Below the pieces are notes generated by a model that saw nothing but the letters and a program-made list of their open reading frames with translations, ran no database searches and had not been told where the DNA came from. From assembly GCA_035414025.1 (NCBI GenBank), contig DAONXX010000002.1:23304-87303 (forward strand): 64,000 nt of DNA, in the 5' to 3' direction. This document shows positions 61,205 to 64,000 of the stretch, piece after piece. How positions within the stretch are numbered: position 1 is the first letter of the stretch; every line of letters starts with the position of its first letter. This DNA is from Bacteroidales bacterium (GTDB lineage: Bacteria > Bacteroidota > Bacteroidia > Bacteroidales > VadinHA17). A program made the position numbers and the translations under genes.

Positions 61205-63049
61205 ATGATAAAGTTTAAAATAATCAGGAACATTGCATTTATGGGGCTGGTACTTCTCGGTACTGTTTCCTGTAACCACGCAGACTGGCTGGAAACCACA
61301 GATAAGGAGACGCTTACTGACGCTACAATGTGGGCAAGCGAAGGTAATGCAGATATTTACCTGAATGACTGTTTCAGAGATCTGTCTGCTAAAGGCAATT
61401 ATCCCGATCCCCTCGATAGCTTTACCAGTGACAATGATGGCGGATGGTATTATACATCATATAACTGGAGGAAAGGCATAGTAAAAGCATCAGTCAACTC
61501 GTCGAACCATTGGGGAGGACAGGGAGGACCAAATTTTGATGCTCACTGGCCGAATATTTATACTTCCGTTAGAAAAATCAATACCTTTATTGCTCAGATT
61601 ACTGCCAATAAGGCTAATTATTCAGATGCATGGTATAATAAAAGGATAGATGAAGCCAGATTTCTCAGAACATGGTTTTATTCCGAGCTCTTTTACCGCA
61701 TCGGAGGTCTTTCGATAGTTACTGAACCTCAGGACAGAAGAACAATGACTGAAGATCAAATCTATATACCAAGAAGCACTTTTGAGCAGACTTTCAATTT
61801 TCTTGTAGCTGAGTTGACTTCCATACTTAACAACGGGTACCTTCCTGTAAAATATAATAATGGAAATGTTGATGCAGGAAGACCTACTCTTGGAGCAGCT
61901 CTTGCTCTTAAAGGATTTCTTCAGCTCTTTGCCGCAAGTCCTGCATATAATTCTGCCGACCCGGCTGTACCAAATGAAGCAGCTAATAAGGATATGCAGA
62001 GCTTTGCCACTCCAGACCCAACAAGATGGGCCGATGCTGCTGCCACTCTCAAACTGTTCATTGATACTTACGGACACAAAGGGACCAAAACTTATGATCT
62101 CTGGCCGGATATGCCAACATTCTGGCACGAAGCCAATGAATATAATTGTGAAGTTATCTGGGACAGGCAGCATGTTGCCAATACGATGGCACAGACCTAT
62201 GATACATACGGTGGTCCGGTATGGATACATGGTGTATATTATACATGGGGGAACTATTGCCCGACACAGGAAATAGTTGATGAATACCAGATGGCCAATG
62301 GAGAATCAATCTTCCTGGAAGATGGGGTTACTGTCAATCCTGCATCCGGATATGATCCTCAGAATCCTTATGTTGGCCGCGAACAAAGATTCTATGATTT
62401 TATCGTATATGACGGCGCTGAATATAAACAGGATTGGATGACAAAACCGGATACCATTTATACCCGTATCGATCTTGTCAATCCTTCCAAGAACGAGATA
62501 GACTTTGGATCGGATGACGTTGGGAACACAGCATACTACTACAAGAAGAGACTTAACAACGCTAATCCGAGAGGTGGTAACCTTGATGGAAGAAATTATG
62601 TTTACTGGCGTTATGGCCAGGTACTCCTGGACTATGCTGAAGCACAGAATGAAGCCGTTGGGCCGGATGAATCCGTCTATGAAGCTATAAATGCAATCAG
62701 ACAGAGGCCTTCAACCAACCTTCCTCCGCTTCCTGCAGGACTGACCCAGGATCAGATGCGTAAAGCCATCAAGCATGAAAGAAGAATTGAGCTGGTATTT
62801 GAAAATCACAGGCTGTTTGACCTGTGGCGCTGGAAAGACGCATACGAAGAGCAGAATAAGGATCTTCACGGTATGAAGATTACAAATACTGTTCCTTCCG
62901 ACAACAGCGGAGTCTGGAAATATGAATATGTTTCCCTTAACCACCCGCATGTCTTCCATCAGTACATGTACTTCAATCCGATACCCCAGGCTGTAATAGA
63001 CCGTAATACAAAACTTAAACAAAACTGGGGTTACGGAACAGGTAAATAA
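61205..63049 (+). CDS. susD: SusD/RagB-family outer membrane lipoprotein
   Basis: About 614 aa directly after susC. Lipoprotein signal …LLGTVSC. TPR-like helical content typical of SusD. ATG at 61205 preferred over the alternative start at 61196. Confidence 0.85.
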   Translation: MIKFKIIRNIAFMGLVLLGTVSCNHADWLETTDKETLTDATMWASEGNADIYLNDCFRDLSAKGNYPDPLDSFTSDNDGGWYYTSYNWRKGIVKASVNSSNHWGGQGGPNFDAHWPNIYTSVRKINTFIAQITANKANYSDAWYNKRIDEARFLRTWFYSELFYRIGGLSIVTEPQDRRTMTEDQIYIPRSTFEQTFNFLVAELTSILNNGYLPVKYNNGNVDAGRPTLGAALALKGFLQLFAASPAYNSADPAVPNEAANKDMQSFATPDPTRWADAAATLKLFIDTYGHKGTKTYDLWPDMPTFWHEANEYNCEVIWDRQHVANTMAQTYDTYGGPVWIHGVYYTWGNYCPTQEIVDEYQMANGESIFLEDGVTVNPASGYDPQNPYVGREQRFYDFIVYDGAEYKQDWMTKPDTIYTRIDLVNPSKNEIDFGSDDVGNTAYYYKKRLNNANPRGGNLDGRNYVYWRYGQVLLDYAEAQNEAVGPDESVYEAINAIRQRPSTNLPPLPAGLTQDQMRKAIKHERRIELVFENHRLFDLWRWKDAYEEQNKDLHGMKITNTVPSDNSGVWKYEYVSLNHPHVFHQYMYFNPIPQAVIDRNTKLKQNWGYGTGK

Positions 63050-63070
63050 TCTGAAATCCGGATAGATTTT

Positions 63071-63106
63071 AAAAAGGGTGTCTTAAAAGGCACCCTTTTT
63101 TATTTT
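63071..63106 (+). terminator. Intrinsic terminator after susD
   Basis: Stem GGGTGTC / GGCACCC (one G-U) with loop TTAAAA, preceded by an A-run and followed by TTTTTTATTTT. Confidence 0.75.
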
Positions 63107-63120
63107 CAATGTATAATCTC

Positions 63121-63128
63121 TATTTTTG
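63121..63128 (+). promoter_or_regulatory. Candidate -7 promoter box for the terminal membrane-protein gene
   Basis: TATTTTTG, just after the susD terminator and 17 nt before the ATG at 63145. Confidence 0.35.
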
Positions 63129-63144
63129 ATAAAATACTATTTCA

Positions 63145-64000
63145 ATGACTCCAAGACATAAAAGCTTTGTAATTCAATATCTTATTCCGGGAGTGCTGTT
63201 CATTTTCTTGTTCTTGTATTTTGTCATTTTTAATAAATATCATATCCTTTACCTTGAGCAAAATCAATTATTCCGTTTTAATCTGTCCTATTTAAGAGAT
63301 TTTATTTCATTGCCCGGATCCTTATCTCTGATAATTGGAGCATTCCTTACCCAATTCTTTATCATTCCCTGGCTTGGCGCACTGATAATAACATTGAACT
63401 GTCTTGCGCTTTATTTTTTCGCAAAGTATATCCTGGGTAAGTATAATATAAAGGGGCTTATTTTTCCTTTTATTCCTGTGTGCTTACTGGTTATTTTGCA
63501 CAGCAATGAATTATTTACTACAGATCAGTCGGTTGGATTATTGTTAGCCCTGCTTTTTACGGTTTTTTATATTTCTGTCGGTACTCCAAAAATCAGGTAT
63601 ATCCTGTTTCTTACCTTATGGCCCTTATGTTTTTATCTCATAGGGGGTTTTTCAATGATTTGTGTGATCATATGCGCACTTAATGAGATATTATATCAGG
63701 GGGGCAGGAGAGATCGTTTTCTATGGATTGCTCTTTATATTGTGGAAGGAATTTTAGTACCCTGGCTTTTTTCACGGCTTTTATTTTATATGCCGGAAGA
63801 TAAGATCTATACCTATCCTTTGTTTTACACATTCCATACTTTCGAACTTGTGTGTCTGATCTCGCTTTATTTCATTTTACCGCTTCTAATGGCTATGGGA
63901 TATTTTATAAATAGAGCTAAGATCTCTGCAAAAAAACTTATCAGTGGAAGGACAATTAGAATATTAGCCGGGAGCCTGACGATAGTGTTGATGGTATTTG
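63145..64000 (+). CDS. Multi-pass membrane protein, 3'-truncated by the window edge (possibly DUF6057 family)
   Basis: Not in the ORF track because there is no stop. I translated from the ATG at 63145, and the frame stays open to base 64000 (MTPRHKSFVIQYLIPGVLFIFLFLYFVIFNKYHILYLEQNQLFRFN…). Multiple hydrophobic helices. Preceded by a TATTTTTG box. The family guess is from memory. Confidence 0.5.
   Translation, partial: MTPRHKSFVIQYLIPGVLFIFLFLYFVIFNKYHILYLEQNQLFRFNLSYLRDFISLPGSLSLIIGAFLTQFFIIPWLGALIITLNCLALYFFAKYILGKYNIKGLIFPFIPVCLLVILHSNELFTTDQSVGLLLALLFTVFYISVGTPKIRYILFLTLWPLCFYLIGGFSMICVIICALNEILYQGGRRDRFLWIALYIVEGILVPWLFSRLLFYMPEDKIYTYPLFYTFHTFELVCLISLYFILPLLMAMGYFINRAKISAKKLISGRTIRILAGSLTIVLMVF

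Overview
This window reads as a chromosomal segment of a low-GC Bacteroidota genome, probably Bacteroidales-like. The markers are SprA/T9SS, a SusC/SusD pair, an LpxC-FabZ fusion, a Bacteroidota-type V-ATPase operon, and TAnnTTTG promoter boxes with little Shine-Dalgarno signal.

It is densely packed with core housekeeping genes:
- sprA (3' part) and gcvH
- rimP-nusA-infB
- lpxD, lpxC/fabZ and lpxA
- a 7-gene V-type ATPase operon
- sufBCDSE plus a DUF59 gene, then queG
- kdsB, then a sigma-54 activator, lptE and secG
- groES-groEL and lepA
- a two-component pair
- acpP-fabF-rnc, purN and leuS
- tRNA-Arg(CCG)
- a SusC/SusD pair

I found no integrase, transposase, CRISPR array, restriction/defence-like genes or toxin-antitoxin pairs. 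I cannot defend any claim of a new multi-gene system here.

The leads worth a second look are modest:
- a secreted protein with a Tyr/Trp-rich core and a tandem-repeat Thr/Arg-rich tail (8706..10340)
- an orphan promoter-plus-terminator unit in a 436-bp gap (about 49353..49475), a candidate small RNA
- a hairpin plus U-tract in the rimP-nusA-infB leader
- a T9SS protein with a C-terminal sorting domain (CTD) but almost no cargo
- an uncharacterised ORF inside the V-ATPase operon
- a sensor-less sigma-54 activator next to lptE
- a few strong palindromes in divergent promoter regions

All family assignments come from motifs read by eye and from memory. No searches were run.
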